Below are positions 19,613-29,158 of a DNA stretch of 64,000 nucleotides, piece by piece. Numbering within the stretch: the stretch's first letter is position 1; each line of letters begins with the position of its first letter. The notes under the pieces are model-generated. The model had not been told where the DNA came from, ran no database searches, and was given only the letters and a program-made list of their open reading frames with translations. Origin of the DNA: Nitrospirota bacterium. Its GTDB lineage: Bacteria > Nitrospirota > Thermodesulfovibrionia > Thermodesulfovibrionales > JdFR-86. The position numbers and the translations under genes were made by a program. The DNA lies in assembly GCA_963721805.1 (NCBI GenBank), contig CAVRJY010000001.1, forward strand, positions 576,001 through 640,000, given 5' to 3'.

Positions 19613-20566
19613 TCACTTGGCGTGCTGCCGCCACCACCTCTGATTGTCCACATACCACCTGACCGTGCGCTCGATGCCCTGCTCGAACGTTACGGACGCA
19701 CGCCAGCCGGTCTCGGCCTTCGCCTTTGAGGCGTCGAGGCTGTAACGGAAGTCGTGGCCCGGCCTGTCGCCGACGAACTCGATCAGGGACTCCGGCTTAT
19801 CGAGCAGCGCAAGTATGGCCCTCACGACCTCGATGTTCCTGCGCTCCTCGCCGCTGCCGATGTTGTATGCCTCTCCGGCCCGGCCGCGCTCAAGTACGCT
19901 TAGGACGCCACGCGCGCAGTCCTCGACGTACAGCCACTCGCGCACGTTGAGGCCTGCCGCATAGACGGGGATCGGCTTGTTTGAGAGCGCCCTGTGTATG
20001 ACCACCGGGATGAGCTTCTCCGGATACTGCCACGGGCCGTAGTTATTCGACGGCCGGACGATTACGGCCGGGAGGCCGTACGTGTGGTGGTATGCCCTGA
20101 CGAACTGGTCCGCCGCAGCCTTGCTGGCCGAATAAGGGCTGCTCGGGTTGATGGCTGATGTCTCCTTGAAACTGCCGCGGCTGCCGAGAGCGCCATATAC
20201 CTCGTCGGTCGAGATATGCACGAAGCGGCTGACCCCGTGCCTGCGCGCCGCGTCGAGGAGCGTGAGCGTTCCGCGGACGTTCGAGCGCTCGAATGGGTAG
20301 GGGTTTTTGATCGAGTTGTCCACGTGGGACTCGGCCGCGAAGTGCACGACTGTATCGATGCCCTTTTTGAAGACCTCGGCCACGGCCCGCTTCGAGCATA
20401 TGTCGGCCTCGATAAACGTGATGGCCGCCATGCAGGACTTGAGCCGGGCGCGGTCACCGGCATACGTGAGCTTGTCGAGCACGAATATCTTTGTATCGCG
20501 GCCAAGAAGCATTCGCACGAAGTTCGCGCCTATGAACCCGGCCGCGCCGGTGACGAGCAGTTTCAT
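19613..20566 (-). CDS. rfbB: dTDP-glucose 4,6-dehydratase
   Basis: LVTGAAGFIG, HFAAESHVD, STDEVYG, YSASKA, DRPGHDFRY. Confidence 0.96.
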   Translation of the reverse strand: MKLLVTGAAGFIGANFVRMLLGRDTKIFVLDKLTYAGDRARLKSCMAAITFIEADICSKRAVAEVFKKGIDTVVHFAAESHVDNSIKNPYPFERSNVRGTLTLLDAARRHGVSRFVHISTDEVYGALGSRGSFKETSAINPSSPYSASKAAADQFVRAYHHTYGLPAVIVRPSNNYGPWQYPEKLIPVVIHRALSNKPIPVYAAGLNVREWLYVEDCARGVLSVLERGRAGEAYNIGSGEERRNIEVVRAILALLDKPESLIEFVGDRPGHDFRYSLDASKAKAETGWRASVTFEQGIERTVRWYVDNQRWWRQHAK

Positions 20567-21411
20567 CGCGATGCGGCCTCTCTGAGAAACCTCTCGGTCG
20601 CGTCCTGCCACGCGGGCATCGGGGTGCCGATTGCATGCTCAAGCGGAAAATTGTCGAGTACCGAGTACGCTGGCCGCCGTGCCGGGGTCGGAAACTCGGC
20701 GCTCTTGCCTCGCTCCAGAACGCCGTCCCAGCCGATGCACTTAAGTATGTGGGCCGTCCACTCATATCGGCTCGCCGAGCCGGAGTTGGTCATGTGATAA
20801 AGCCCGAAGTTGCCGGTGGCGACGAGCCTTAATGTCGCCTCTGCAAGGTCCACCGAGTATGAGGGGCTCGATACCTGATCGTCAGAGACGCGGAGCTTGC
20901 GGTTCGCGGCGGCCCAGCCGAGCACCTTTAGAGGGAACGAGAATTTCCCCTGCCCGAAGACCCAGCTCGTGCGTATGAGGAAGAACCTCTCGCAGTGGTC
21001 CCGAAGCAGGCGCTCGCCCAAGAGCTTGCTCTTGGCGTAGCGGTTGAGCGGGGAGGGCGTATCCGCTATGGTATAGGGACTTGACGCGTTGCCGTCGAAT
21101 ACGAAGTCCGTGCTGTAGTGCACTACCATGGCGTTTGCTTCGCGTGCGGCGTTTGCGAGATTTCTAACCCCGATAGCGTTGGCCATGTATGCTGTCTGCC
21201 AGTCCGCTTCCGCGCCGTCGACGTTGTTATATGCCGCGCAGTTGATGACCGCATCGGGCCGGATATGCCTGAAGCGGGCCGAGACGCTGGCGTAGTCAGC
21301 GATATTCAGATCAGCGCGTCCGGCGGCTATAACGTCGTGGCCGAGCGTGCCGCCATGCTTTACGATCTCGCGTCCGACCTGTCCCTCAGCGCCCGTGACC
21401 AGAAGCCTCAT
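20563..21411 (-). CDS. rfbD: dTDP-4-dehydrorhamnose reductase
   Basis: TGAEGQVG, STDFVFDG, YAKSKLLGE, FPTPARRPAYSVL. Confidence 0.95.
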   Translation of the reverse strand: MRLLVTGAEGQVGREIVKHGGTLGHDVIAAGRADLNIADYASVSARFRHIRPDAVINCAAYNNVDGAEADWQTAYMANAIGVRNLANAAREANAMVVHYSTDFVFDGNASSPYTIADTPSPLNRYAKSKLLGERLLRDHCERFFLIRTSWVFGQGKFSFPLKVLGWAAANRKLRVSDDQVSSPSYSVDLAEATLRLVATGNFGLYHMTNSGSASRYEWTAHILKCIGWDGVLERGKSAEFPTPARRPAYSVLDNFPLEHAIGTPMPAWQDATERFLREAASR

Positions 21412-21878
21412 GCGTCCACCTTATAGATCGTATCCGGATCGTTTTCGTAGCGTATCTCGTCGATGGGCTCTTTGCGGTCCCGGCCGGCAAACAGGCGGTT
21501 GGGGAAATTATGCACAGCGCCTTCGGCCTGGCCGATGTTTTTATATGCGTGCACCACGCCCGGCGGGATGACCACGGAACATGGATTGCGCTCCCCGCAG
21601 AGGCTGACCATGCGGTGGTTATAGGTTGCCGAGCCCTCCCGCCGGTCCCACAGTACGAGCCTGAACTCGGAGGACATGAATACGAAGCGGTCGGTCTGAT
21701 GCACGTGCTCGTGAGGGCCGCGCGCGGTGCCCGGCAGGGTCATCGAGACGTAGCCCATTACGGGCATAAGCGCCCCTGCCGTGTCCTCTCGGAATATCTC
21801 GGTCAGCCAGCCTCGCCCGTCGGTTATGAACTTAAGGGGGCTTATCACGACGCCCTCGATTGGTCCGTCTATAAACAT
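21408..21878 (-). CDS. rfbC: dTDP-4-dehydrorhamnose 3,5-epimerase (cupin)
   Basis: DGRGWLTE, RGPH, DRREGSATY, IPPGVVHAY; rml cluster. Confidence 0.88.
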   Translation of the reverse strand: MFIDGPIEGVVISPLKFITDGRGWLTEIFREDTAGALMPVMGYVSMTLPGTARGPHEHVHQTDRFVFMSSEFRLVLWDRREGSATYNHRMVSLCGERNPCSVVIPPGVVHAYKNIGQAEGAVHNFPNRLFAGRDRKEPIDEIRYENDPDTIYKVDA

Positions 21879-21879
21879 C

Positions 21880-22947
21880 TTAGATCGTGACCTCCGAGTC
21901 GTCCCCTATATGCACGCGCAGGGCCTTGTTGGCGCCCTTGCCCCTGGAGATAGTGGATTTCTTGCCTACCAGGCTCTCTTCGAGGCGCTCTATGTCCGTG
22001 ACCTTCGAGCCGTCGAGTATCACCGAGAACTCGACCGAGGTGCGCTCCAGCAGGCAGTCGTCCCCTATGCTCGTATACGGGCCCACGAAGGTGTCGCGCA
22101 CGACCGTGCCCGAGCCTATGATGGCGGGGCCCCGGACCTCGCTGTTTTCAATCAGCGAGCCCGCGCCGATACAAACGCGCCCGAGCACCTTGCTGCCGGC
22201 GTCTATGCGGCCCTTGATGTCGGTGGTGAGCATCTCGTCGAGCACGACGCGGTTGGCCTCCAGCATATCGTCCTTCTTGCCGGTGTCGAGCCACCATGAA
22301 TCGAGGATGTGGCTTCGGACCTTCATGCCACTGGTGATCAGCTGCTGTATCGCGTCTGTGATCTCAAGCTCGCCGCGCGCGGAGGGCTTTATGTTGTCAA
22401 TGGCCTTGTGTATCGCAGCCGAGAACACGTAGACGCCTACGAGCGCCAGATTGGACGGCGGCTCGGCCGGCTTCTCTATAAGCCTCACCACCGCGCCCTG
22501 CGCGTCCACCTCGGCCACGCCGAAGCGCTGCGGCTCCGAGACGGCCTTAAGCAGTATCACGGCCTCGGTCGGCTCGGCCTCGAACTCCTCGACGAATCTT
22601 TTGATGCCCGATCCGATGAGGTTGTCGCCCAGGTACATCACGAACGGTGAGTCCCCGAGAAACGGCCGCGCGGTCTTTACGGCGTGCGCAAGCCCCATCG
22701 GGGCATCCTGCTCGATGAACGTGATCTTCGCGCCCCAGCGGCTTCCGTCTTGGAGCGCGGCGCGCACGTCAGCGCCGGTCTCGGGGGCGATGATTACGCC
22801 GATCTCGCTAATTCCTGCGGCCACTATCGCGTCGAGCACGTAGTGGATAATAGGCTTGTTGGCGACCGGGATGAGCTGCTTTGCGGTGGTGTGCGTGAGG
22901 GGCCTGAGCCTCGTGCCCCTGCCGCCGCTTAAAACAAGCGCTTTCAA
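21880..22947 (-). CDS. rfbA: Glucose-1-phosphate thymidylyltransferase, long form
   Basis: LSGGRGTRLRPLT...KQLIPVANKP, PSARGELEITD, C-terminal beta-helix; TTG start with SD GGAGG. Confidence 0.95.
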   Translation of the reverse strand: MKALVLSGGRGTRLRPLTHTTAKQLIPVANKPIIHYVLDAIVAAGISEIGVIIAPETGADVRAALQDGSRWGAKITFIEQDAPMGLAHAVKTARPFLGDSPFVMYLGDNLIGSGIKRFVEEFEAEPTEAVILLKAVSEPQRFGVAEVDAQGAVVRLIEKPAEPPSNLALVGVYVFSAAIHKAIDNIKPSARGELEITDAIQQLITSGMKVRSHILDSWWLDTGKKDDMLEANRVVLDEMLTTDIKGRIDAGSKVLGRVCIGAGSLIENSEVRGPAIIGSGTVVRDTFVGPYTSIGDDCLLERTSVEFSVILDGSKVTDIERLEESLVGKKSTISRGKGANKALRVHIGDDSEVTI

Positions 22948-23048
22948 CCGATCTGACCTCCCCGAAGAGTTTTCCGAAGTATAACACAGCACTATGGTGT
23001 ATGCAATATTATGAGGGCGGCAAATACAGCAAATACGCCGATTTACGC

Positions 23049-23510
23049 TTAGGCGAGCGTCCCCAGCAGGTCGGCCATGCAGAGGCCGAGCACCGGGTGA
23101 GTGGTCTCGGGCGCGATCTCTGCCATCGGGGCCAGTACGAATATGCGCTCGTGCATCCGGGGATGTGGGATGGTAAGCTCCGGCGTGTCGAGGACGAGGT
23201 CCCCATATAGCAGGATGTCGAGGTCGATCACGCGAGGGCCCCAGCGCTGCTCGGTGCAGCGGTCGCGGCCCATCTCAAGCTCTATGGCGCGCAGCGCAAC
23301 AAGGAGTTCGTGAGGCGAGAGCGAGGTCTCGAGCCCGCAGGCGGCGTTGATGAACCGCGGCTGGTCGGCCACGCCCCATGGCTCGGTCTCAAATAGCGAG
23401 GAGCTTGCGGTTATCAGCCCCGCGCGCTGGCCTAGAAGCTCGACCGCACGCCTGACGTTTTCCTCGCGGTCACCGAGGTTCGATCCTATCCCGATGTATG
23501 CGATGGGCAT
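23049..23510 (-). CDS. folK: HPPK, folate biosynthesis
   Basis: AYIGIGSNLGDR, RWGPRVIDLDIL, IPHPRMHER. Confidence 0.96.
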   Translation of the reverse strand: MPIAYIGIGSNLGDREENVRRAVELLGQRAGLITASSSLFETEPWGVADQPRFINAACGLETSLSPHELLVALRAIELEMGRDRCTEQRWGPRVIDLDILLYGDLVLDTPELTIPHPRMHERIFVLAPMAEIAPETTHPVLGLCMADLLGTLA

Positions 23511-23612
23511 ATGGAATAATAGCGCATAAAGGGATGGAATTAAAATTATAAAGCTCACCGTTCTTGAATACAGAGGATTTATACATAGTTTTTTGCTGAA
23601 TGAGGGGGTGAA

Positions 23613-24257
23613 TTATTGTTTTTTGTTTGCGAGGTTATTGTTTGCTTCTTTGATGAGTATCTTATCGAAATCTCTGGGTGTCAGCTTCTGTGATAGTTGT
23701 TCCTCGAATTCAAGCTTTTGAGCATACGCTTTTAAGAAAAATGTGGCGTATTGGGTATCAACTTTATTATTCAAATGATCCTTATATTCTTTGGGTACAG
23801 TGGAGATTAACTTGCTGAGTGCGCTAACGGCACGAGAATCATAAATGAAGAATAAGTTGGGACAATGGAAATGTAAATATTTTGAGCTTAACGATCTATT
23901 GTGGTGCCCCGTCAGGCTATAAAATAAATCACACAAATACTTATGAATGAGCAATATATTATCTATCGATTCATCGGACAAGCTTGTTCTTATAATCGCT
24001 TTGAGACGAATATCGAGTTCAGATTTTCTGATAGAAGACGCCACTTTATATGTATAGAAATCATCATTGTTATATTTATCTTTGATTTTTCTTCTTTCAA
24101 TGGCTGCGGCGTATGCTCGCCCAATCAGCCAAACCTTCGCTATAATTATATCGTCTTTTTTGTGATAGGGATATTTTGAGCAGAGATCATACAAGACATT
24201 GTTGCCAAAATCCCATTCTTTTTCCTGAATGGCTTTTAAAATCATTTCATTCTGCAT
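23613..24257 (-). CDS. AT-rich hypothetical protein, possibly HhH-glycosylase-like
   Basis: 214-aa ORF with composition sharply different from its flanks and its own consensus promoter; motif SLSSKYLHFHCPNLFFIYDSRA. Confidence 0.8.
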   Translation of the reverse strand: MQNEMILKAIQEKEWDFGNNVLYDLCSKYPYHKKDDIIIAKVWLIGRAYAAAIERRKIKDKYNNDDFYTYKVASSIRKSELDIRLKAIIRTSLSDESIDNILLIHKYLCDLFYSLTGHHNRSLSSKYLHFHCPNLFFIYDSRAVSALSKLISTVPKEYKDHLNNKVDTQYATFFLKAYAQKLEFEEQLSQKLTPRDFDKILIKEANNNLANKKQ

Positions 24258-24262
24258 GAGAG

Positions 24263-24291
24263 ATTCTAATCATCTATTATGAGCCTGTCAA
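24263..24291 (-). promoter_or_regulatory. Near-consensus sigma70 promoter of the AT-rich gene, leaderless
   Basis: Minus strand TTGACA, 17 nt, TAGAAT, 5 nt, ATG. Confidence 0.8.
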
Positions 24292-24355
24292 TCTTGAAAA
24301 TGCGTAACCGTAGGCTGCCTGTTTCGGAATCATTTGATCGCGCACGAACTGGTAA

Positions 24356-24800
24356 GCCGCCGCATTGAAAATCAAAGCTAACGACTGAAGCGGCTTCGGG
24401 GAATGGATACCCGTTGACCTGTCCGAGCCATGGATGGCGAGTTGTCAACGGGTCGAAGGCCGCGAAGGTAGTGAGCGTCCCGAAGGGTTGATTTTTTTAA
24501 GCGGCGAGTTTTTATCCAACTTTTGGCGGCCCAAAAGTTGGCGCGGGTGTGGGAGCGCGCAGCTCCCACGGTTCTGAATTCATTTAGCGTTTTTACTGAA
24601 GAGGTTTAATCTAAGCGGGATGCTATGCGCTCCCGCGCCCAGCAGGAGGAGCCCTTTGCTGGCCCAAAGGGCTCCTGCCTTCTCAAAAGGGCCTGAAAGT
24701 ATGAAGGCATGCAATAGCCATCTTGAACGCCAGCGGGCCGAGAGAACCAAATATATCTATCATGAAACTCACGCGGACATGGGAGCGCGCAGTGCCCATG
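24356..24800. repeat. Cluster of palindromic REP-like hairpin repeats
   Basis: Nested stems 24356-24505; perfect hairpins 24516-24541 and 24648-24675; three GGGAGCGC hairpins at 24549-24569, 24615-24636 (inverted) and 24778-24800. Confidence 0.75.
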
Positions 24801-24815
24801 ACAAGCGCTATAAAT

Positions 24816-24853
24816 AAAAAACGGAGACGGAGAGGTCTCCCTCTCCGCCTCCG
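24816..24853 (-). terminator. Intrinsic terminator of dapL
   Basis: CGGAGACGGAGAGG-TCTC-CCTCTCCGCCTCCG hairpin preceded by an A tract (U tract on the minus strand). Confidence 0.75.
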
Positions 24854-24866
24854 CGACAGGTACTAA

Positions 24867-26027
24867 TTAAAGCGAGTTTTTGATCCGCTCGGCTGCCTCT
24901 TTGATCCGGGCCACCGGGACGGTGAGCGCGAAGCGGACATAGCCCTCGCCGGGGTCGCCGAAGCCGTTGCCGGGCGTGATCAGGACCCCGGCCTTCTCGA
25001 GCACGTGCGTGGCGAAGGTCGAGGAGTCGAAGCCCTTGGGGACGCGGGCCCAGAGGTAAAAAGTGGCCTCGGGCTTACGCATCGTCATCCCGGCCGAGAT
25101 AAGCCCTTCATAGAGCGCGTCGCGGCGGGCCTGATAGGTCGCGCGGATCTCGCCGAGCACGTCCTCGCCGGTGCCAAGCGCCACTATCGCGGCCTCCTGC
25201 ACGGCCTGAAACGCGCCGGAGTCGATGTTGGACTTTATCTTCGCGAGCCCTGCGATGATCTCGCGGTTGCCGACCGCATACCCAATGCGCCAGCCGGTCA
25301 TGTTGTAAGTCTTGCTAAGCGAGTGCATCTCGATGCCGACCTCCATCGCGCCCGGCACCTCGAGGAAACTCATCGGCCGCTTGCCGTCGAAATAAACCTC
25401 GGAATAAGCCGCATCGTGGCAAACGATGATGTCGTACTTCTTTGCCACCGCAATAGCCTCCTCGAAAAACCCGCGCCCTGCCGAGGCCGCGGTCGGGTTG
25501 TTGGGGTAATTGATCCACATGAGCCGCGCGCGCTTGAGTACGTCCTCGGGGATGGCCTTGAAGTCCGGGAGAAAATCGTTCTCATCCCGAAGCGGCATGA
25601 AGTGGCTCTCGCCGCCCGCGAACAGCGTGCCGATGTTATAGACCGGATAGCCCGGCGAGGGTACGAGCACGACGTCTCCCGGATTCACGAACGCCAGGGG
25701 CAGGTGTCCCACGCCTTCCTTGGACCCGATCAGCGAGACGACCTCGCCCTCTGCCCTGAGCGGCACGTTAAAGCGCCGCGCGTACCAGTCGGCCACGGCC
25801 TGCCTGAAGCTGAACATGCCGTTTGATGAGGGGTAGCGGTGGTGCTCCGGGTTCTCTACGGCCTTCTGCATCGCTTTTACGATATGCGCCGGGGTCGGGA
25901 TGTCCGGGTCCCCGATGCTAAGGTCTATGAGGTCCACGCCCCTGCCCAGCGCCTCGCGCTTCATCTCATCTATGCGCGCGAAAAGATACGGTGGGAGATG
26001 CTTAACCCTGTCTGCGAGTACCGGCAT
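24867..26027 (-). CDS. dapL: LL-diaminopimelate aminotransferase (class I/II PLP)
   Basis: [38 protein letters not shown]. Confidence 0.85.
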   Translation of the reverse strand: MPVLADRVKHLPPYLFARIDEMKREALGRGVDLIDLSIGDPDIPTPAHIVKAMQKAVENPEHHRYPSSNGMFSFRQAVADWYARRFNVPLRAEGEVVSLIGSKEGVGHLPLAFVNPGDVVLVPSPGYPVYNIGTLFAGGESHFMPLRDENDFLPDFKAIPEDVLKRARLMWINYPNNPTAASAGRGFFEEAIAVAKKYDIIVCHDAAYSEVYFDGKRPMSFLEVPGAMEVGIEMHSLSKTYNMTGWRIGYAVGNREIIAGLAKIKSNIDSGAFQAVQEAAIVALGTGEDVLGEIRATYQARRDALYEGLISAGMTMRKPEATFYLWARVPKGFDSSTFATHVLEKAGVLITPGNGFGDPGEGYVRFALTVPVARIKEAAERIKNSL

Positions 26028-26100
26028 GATTCCTCCTGAGGGGATTGATTCAAAAAAGGTATTTTACACGAAAACGCAGGCTGGACGCACGAGGCGCTAT

Positions 26101-26718
26101 TTAGCTTTTCGCGACAAAGTCTTTGAAGCCTTTGAGAATGGAAAGCCCCACGGCCTGGGACTTCTCTGGGTGAAACTGTGTGGCGAAGACGTTGTCCTTC
26201 CAGATCATCGAGGTAAACTCGATCCCGTAGTCCGTGGTTGTGGCGACTATCGAGGCGTCCTCGGGCGCGACATAATATGAGTGCACGAAATAGACGAACG
26301 AGCCGTCAGGTATCCCGGAGAGTATCGGGGCGGGACGCTTAATATTGATCGAGTTCCAGCCCATGTGCGGGACCTTGAGCCCCATGTTGTCGGGGAACCT
26401 CGGGACGTGGCCCTTGAAGACGTCGAGGCCCTGCGTGCTCCCGAACTCCTCGCTGTCGGTAAACAGTGCCTGAAGCCCGAGGCATATGCCCAGAAAAGGC
26501 TTGCCCTTGGCGATGTTGCCCTTGATCGCGTCTATGAGGCCGAGTTCTCCCAAGTGGCGCATGCAGTCCCCAAAAGCGCCCACGCCCGGAAGCACGATAG
26601 CCGCGGCGTCATCGAGCGCCTTTGGCGTCGAGACGACCCGTACCTCGGCCCCTACGCGCTGTAGCGCCTTCTCGACGCTGCGCAGGTTGCCCATCCCGTA
26701 ATCGACTATCGCTATCAT
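26101..26718 (-). CDS. hisH: Imidazole glycerol phosphate synthase glutaminase subunit
   Basis: [30 protein letters not shown]. Confidence 0.97.
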   Translation of the reverse strand: MIAIVDYGMGNLRSVEKALQRVGAEVRVVSTPKALDDAAAIVLPGVGAFGDCMRHLGELGLIDAIKGNIAKGKPFLGICLGLQALFTDSEEFGSTQGLDVFKGHVPRFPDNMGLKVPHMGWNSINIKRPAPILSGIPDGSFVYFVHSYYVAPEDASIVATTTDYGIEFTSMIWKDNVFATQFHPEKSQAVGLSILKGFKDFVAKS

Positions 26719-26742
26719 AAGATTTATTTTAACACGTTGGTT

Positions 26743-27645
26743 CTATTCGAAGAGGGCGTCGACGAACTCTTTAGGGTTGAAGTCCCTGAGATCGTCGATC
26801 TTCTCGCCGATCCCGATCAGACGCACCGGGATGCCGAGTTCCTTGCGGATCGCGAATACGATGCCGCCTTTGGCTGTCCCGTCGAGCTTGGTAAGCGCGA
26901 TGCCGGTTACCCCGGCGGCCTCATGGAAGAGCTCGGCCTGGCGCATCGCGTTTTGCCCGGTCGTCGCGTCCAGCACGAGCAGGACCTCCTGAGGGGCGTC
27001 CGGCATGGCCTTCGTTATGACGCGCCGGACCTTTCGGAGTTCCTCCATCAGAGAGGACTTCGTATGAAGCCTCCCGGCTGTGTCGATCAAGACGACGTCA
27101 GCGCCGCGAGCGCGTGCGGCCTCGACCGCGTCAAACGCTACAGCGGCCGGGTCCGAACCGCTTTGGTGCTTAACGATCTCGGCCCCCGAGCGCTTGGCCC
27201 ATATCTCGAGCTGCTCTATGGCGGCCGCTCGGAACGTATCCGCCGCGCCCAGGACGACCGAATGGCCCTCGGAGGCGAAGCGGCTCGCGAGCTTCCCTAT
27301 CGTGGTCGTCTTTCCGGTGCCGTTTACCCCGACCGTGAGGATCACAAAAGGCTTCTGGCCGAAGCTCACGAGCGGGTGCGCATTGCCGAGGATGCGGAGC
27401 ATCTCCTGCTTTATGGCCTCGCGGATGCCGCCTGTCCGGCGTATCTCGTCCTCGCGCTCGCGGATGTGCGAGACTATATCGGTGGTGGCCGCAACGCCTA
27501 CGTCCGAGGCCAGGAGGATCTCTTCGAGTTCCTCGAGGCTCGTCTCGTCGACCGCGAAGTCGGCCTTGAATATGGAGTCTATCCGGCTTGAGAGAGTCTG
27601 CCGGGTCTTTTTTAGCCCTTCTTTAAGCCTGTCGAAAAATCCCAT
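26743..27645 (-). CDS. ftsY: SRP receptor FtsY
   Basis: [40 protein letters not shown]. Confidence 0.97.
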   Translation of the reverse strand: MGFFDRLKEGLKKTRQTLSSRIDSIFKADFAVDETSLEELEEILLASDVGVAATTDIVSHIREREDEIRRTGGIREAIKQEMLRILGNAHPLVSFGQKPFVILTVGVNGTGKTTTIGKLASRFASEGHSVVLGAADTFRAAAIEQLEIWAKRSGAEIVKHQSGSDPAAVAFDAVEAARARGADVVLIDTAGRLHTKSSLMEELRKVRRVITKAMPDAPQEVLLVLDATTGQNAMRQAELFHEAAGVTGIALTKLDGTAKGGIVFAIRKELGIPVRLIGIGEKIDDLRDFNPKEFVDALFE

Positions 27646-27690
27646 CGCTGCGGTTGACCTCCGAATTTGCGCAATCACATATAATACATC

Positions 27691-29076
27691 ATGGGTATTG
27701 CCCAATTCCTCATGCCCCGCCTAAACGGGGCGGATATCGGGCGCGAGATGCCGCGCCTTCTTGCTCTGGTGCGCGAGGGCATAGCCGGGTTCATCGTATT
27801 CGGCGGAGAGCTCGGCGAGGTGCGCGAGGGCATACTGGAGTTACAGTCCGCGGCCCCGGTGCCGCTGATCATCGGCTCGGACCTCGAGCAGGGCCTTGGG
27901 CAGCAGCTCCGCGGCGGGACGGTCTTCCCTCCGGCGATGGCGGTGGCCCGAGCAGGAAAGCTCGAGCCGGGGCTCATGGACGCGGCGTTTGAGCAGATGG
28001 CGGACGAGGCCGCATATGCCGGGATCAATACGGTCTTCGCCCCGGTGCTCGATATAAACACCAACCCGCGCAACCCGATCATCTGCACGCGCGCCTTCGG
28101 CGAGGACGCCGAGACCGTCTCTGACGCCGCGCTCCGCATGATCCGCGCCTTCGGCTCTCGCGGCATCGCCGCGTGCGGCAAGCACTTCCCCGGCCACGGG
28201 GACACAGAGACCGACTCGCACATCGGGCTTCCGGTCATCAATAAAACGCTCGAAGATCTGGAGTCGGCCGAACTCGTGCCCTTCCGCCGCGCGACAGGCG
28301 TCCCGATGCTGATGCTCGCGCACCTGAGCGTCCCGGCGCTCGACCCCGAAGGCACGCCGGTCTCTCTTTCAAGGCGAGCGGTCGGTTATCTTAGGGACAA
28401 GATGGGATACCGGGGCATGCTGATTACGGACGCGATGAACATGGGCGGCATAGGCGGATACTCTCAGGCCGACGCCTCTCTGATGGCGCTGCGCGCCGGG
28501 GTGGACATCCTCCTGCACCCGGACGATCCGGAGCGGCTCATTAAGGAACTCTCACCGCATGACCCGGAGTTCGATGCCCGCAGGCTCGATGCGTTCAGAA
28601 GCTCGATAAGGCTTGCTGGGCCAGTTGCCGCGCCGTCTTTCGACCCCGCGCTCAGCCGGAGGATTACGGGGCTTGCGATCAGGCTCGAAGGCACGCCCGG
28701 GCGGATGGCCCGGCCCCATCTGGTCATATTCAACGACTCCGGCGAGCCGGAGAAGGGAGCCGCGTTCGCCGCGGCATTGGGCGAAACGCTGGGCGGGCTC
28801 GAGGTCACCCGGTATTCAGGCGATGGGACGCTAAGCGTGCCGCCGGACGCGGACGTGATAGCCGCGATATTCTCGCCCGTGAGGGCATGGAAGGGCGGAG
28901 AGTCCGGCTGGATAGGGCGCGAGCTAAGCGCGCTCGGCCTGATGATACGCGCGGTGGTCTCGTTCGGAAGCCCGTATATACTGTCAGACGCCCCCGAGGG
29001 TGCGGCGCGGCTATGCGCATATTGGGATTCGGACGAGGCACAATCGGCTGCCGCCCGCAGACTCATCGGGCGATAG
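27691..29076 (+). CDS. nagZ: GH3 beta-N-acetylhexosaminidase
   Basis: KHFPGHGDTETDSH motif, APVLDIN, ITDAMNMG. Confidence 0.88.
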   Translation: MGIAQFLMPRLNGADIGREMPRLLALVREGIAGFIVFGGELGEVREGILELQSAAPVPLIIGSDLEQGLGQQLRGGTVFPPAMAVARAGKLEPGLMDAAFEQMADEAAYAGINTVFAPVLDINTNPRNPIICTRAFGEDAETVSDAALRMIRAFGSRGIAACGKHFPGHGDTETDSHIGLPVINKTLEDLESAELVPFRRATGVPMLMLAHLSVPALDPEGTPVSLSRRAVGYLRDKMGYRGMLITDAMNMGGIGGYSQADASLMALRAGVDILLHPDDPERLIKELSPHDPEFDARRLDAFRSSIRLAGPVAAPSFDPALSRRITGLAIRLEGTPGRMARPHLVIFNDSGEPEKGAAFAAALGETLGGLEVTRYSGDGTLSVPPDADVIAAIFSPVRAWKGGESGWIGRELSALGLMIRAVVSFGSPYILSDAPEGAARLCAYWDSDEAQSAAARRLIGR

Positions 29077-29158
29077 ATTATAGATATAGTTGGCAGAGAG
29101 ACAGGGGCTTAGCCGCACCCCCGGTGGCGCACGCCGCTGCGAATCGTTATAATAACGC

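Noticed and set aside
19613..22947. rml genes as a glycosylation pathway for the OmcE-like cytochrome
   Set aside because: Separate operon more than 6 kb away with no glycosyltransferase; ordinary dTDP-rhamnose synthesis explains it.
23511..23612. Integron attC site after the AT-rich gene
   Set aside because: No RYYYAAC...GTTRRRY paired ends recognisable and no intI nearby.
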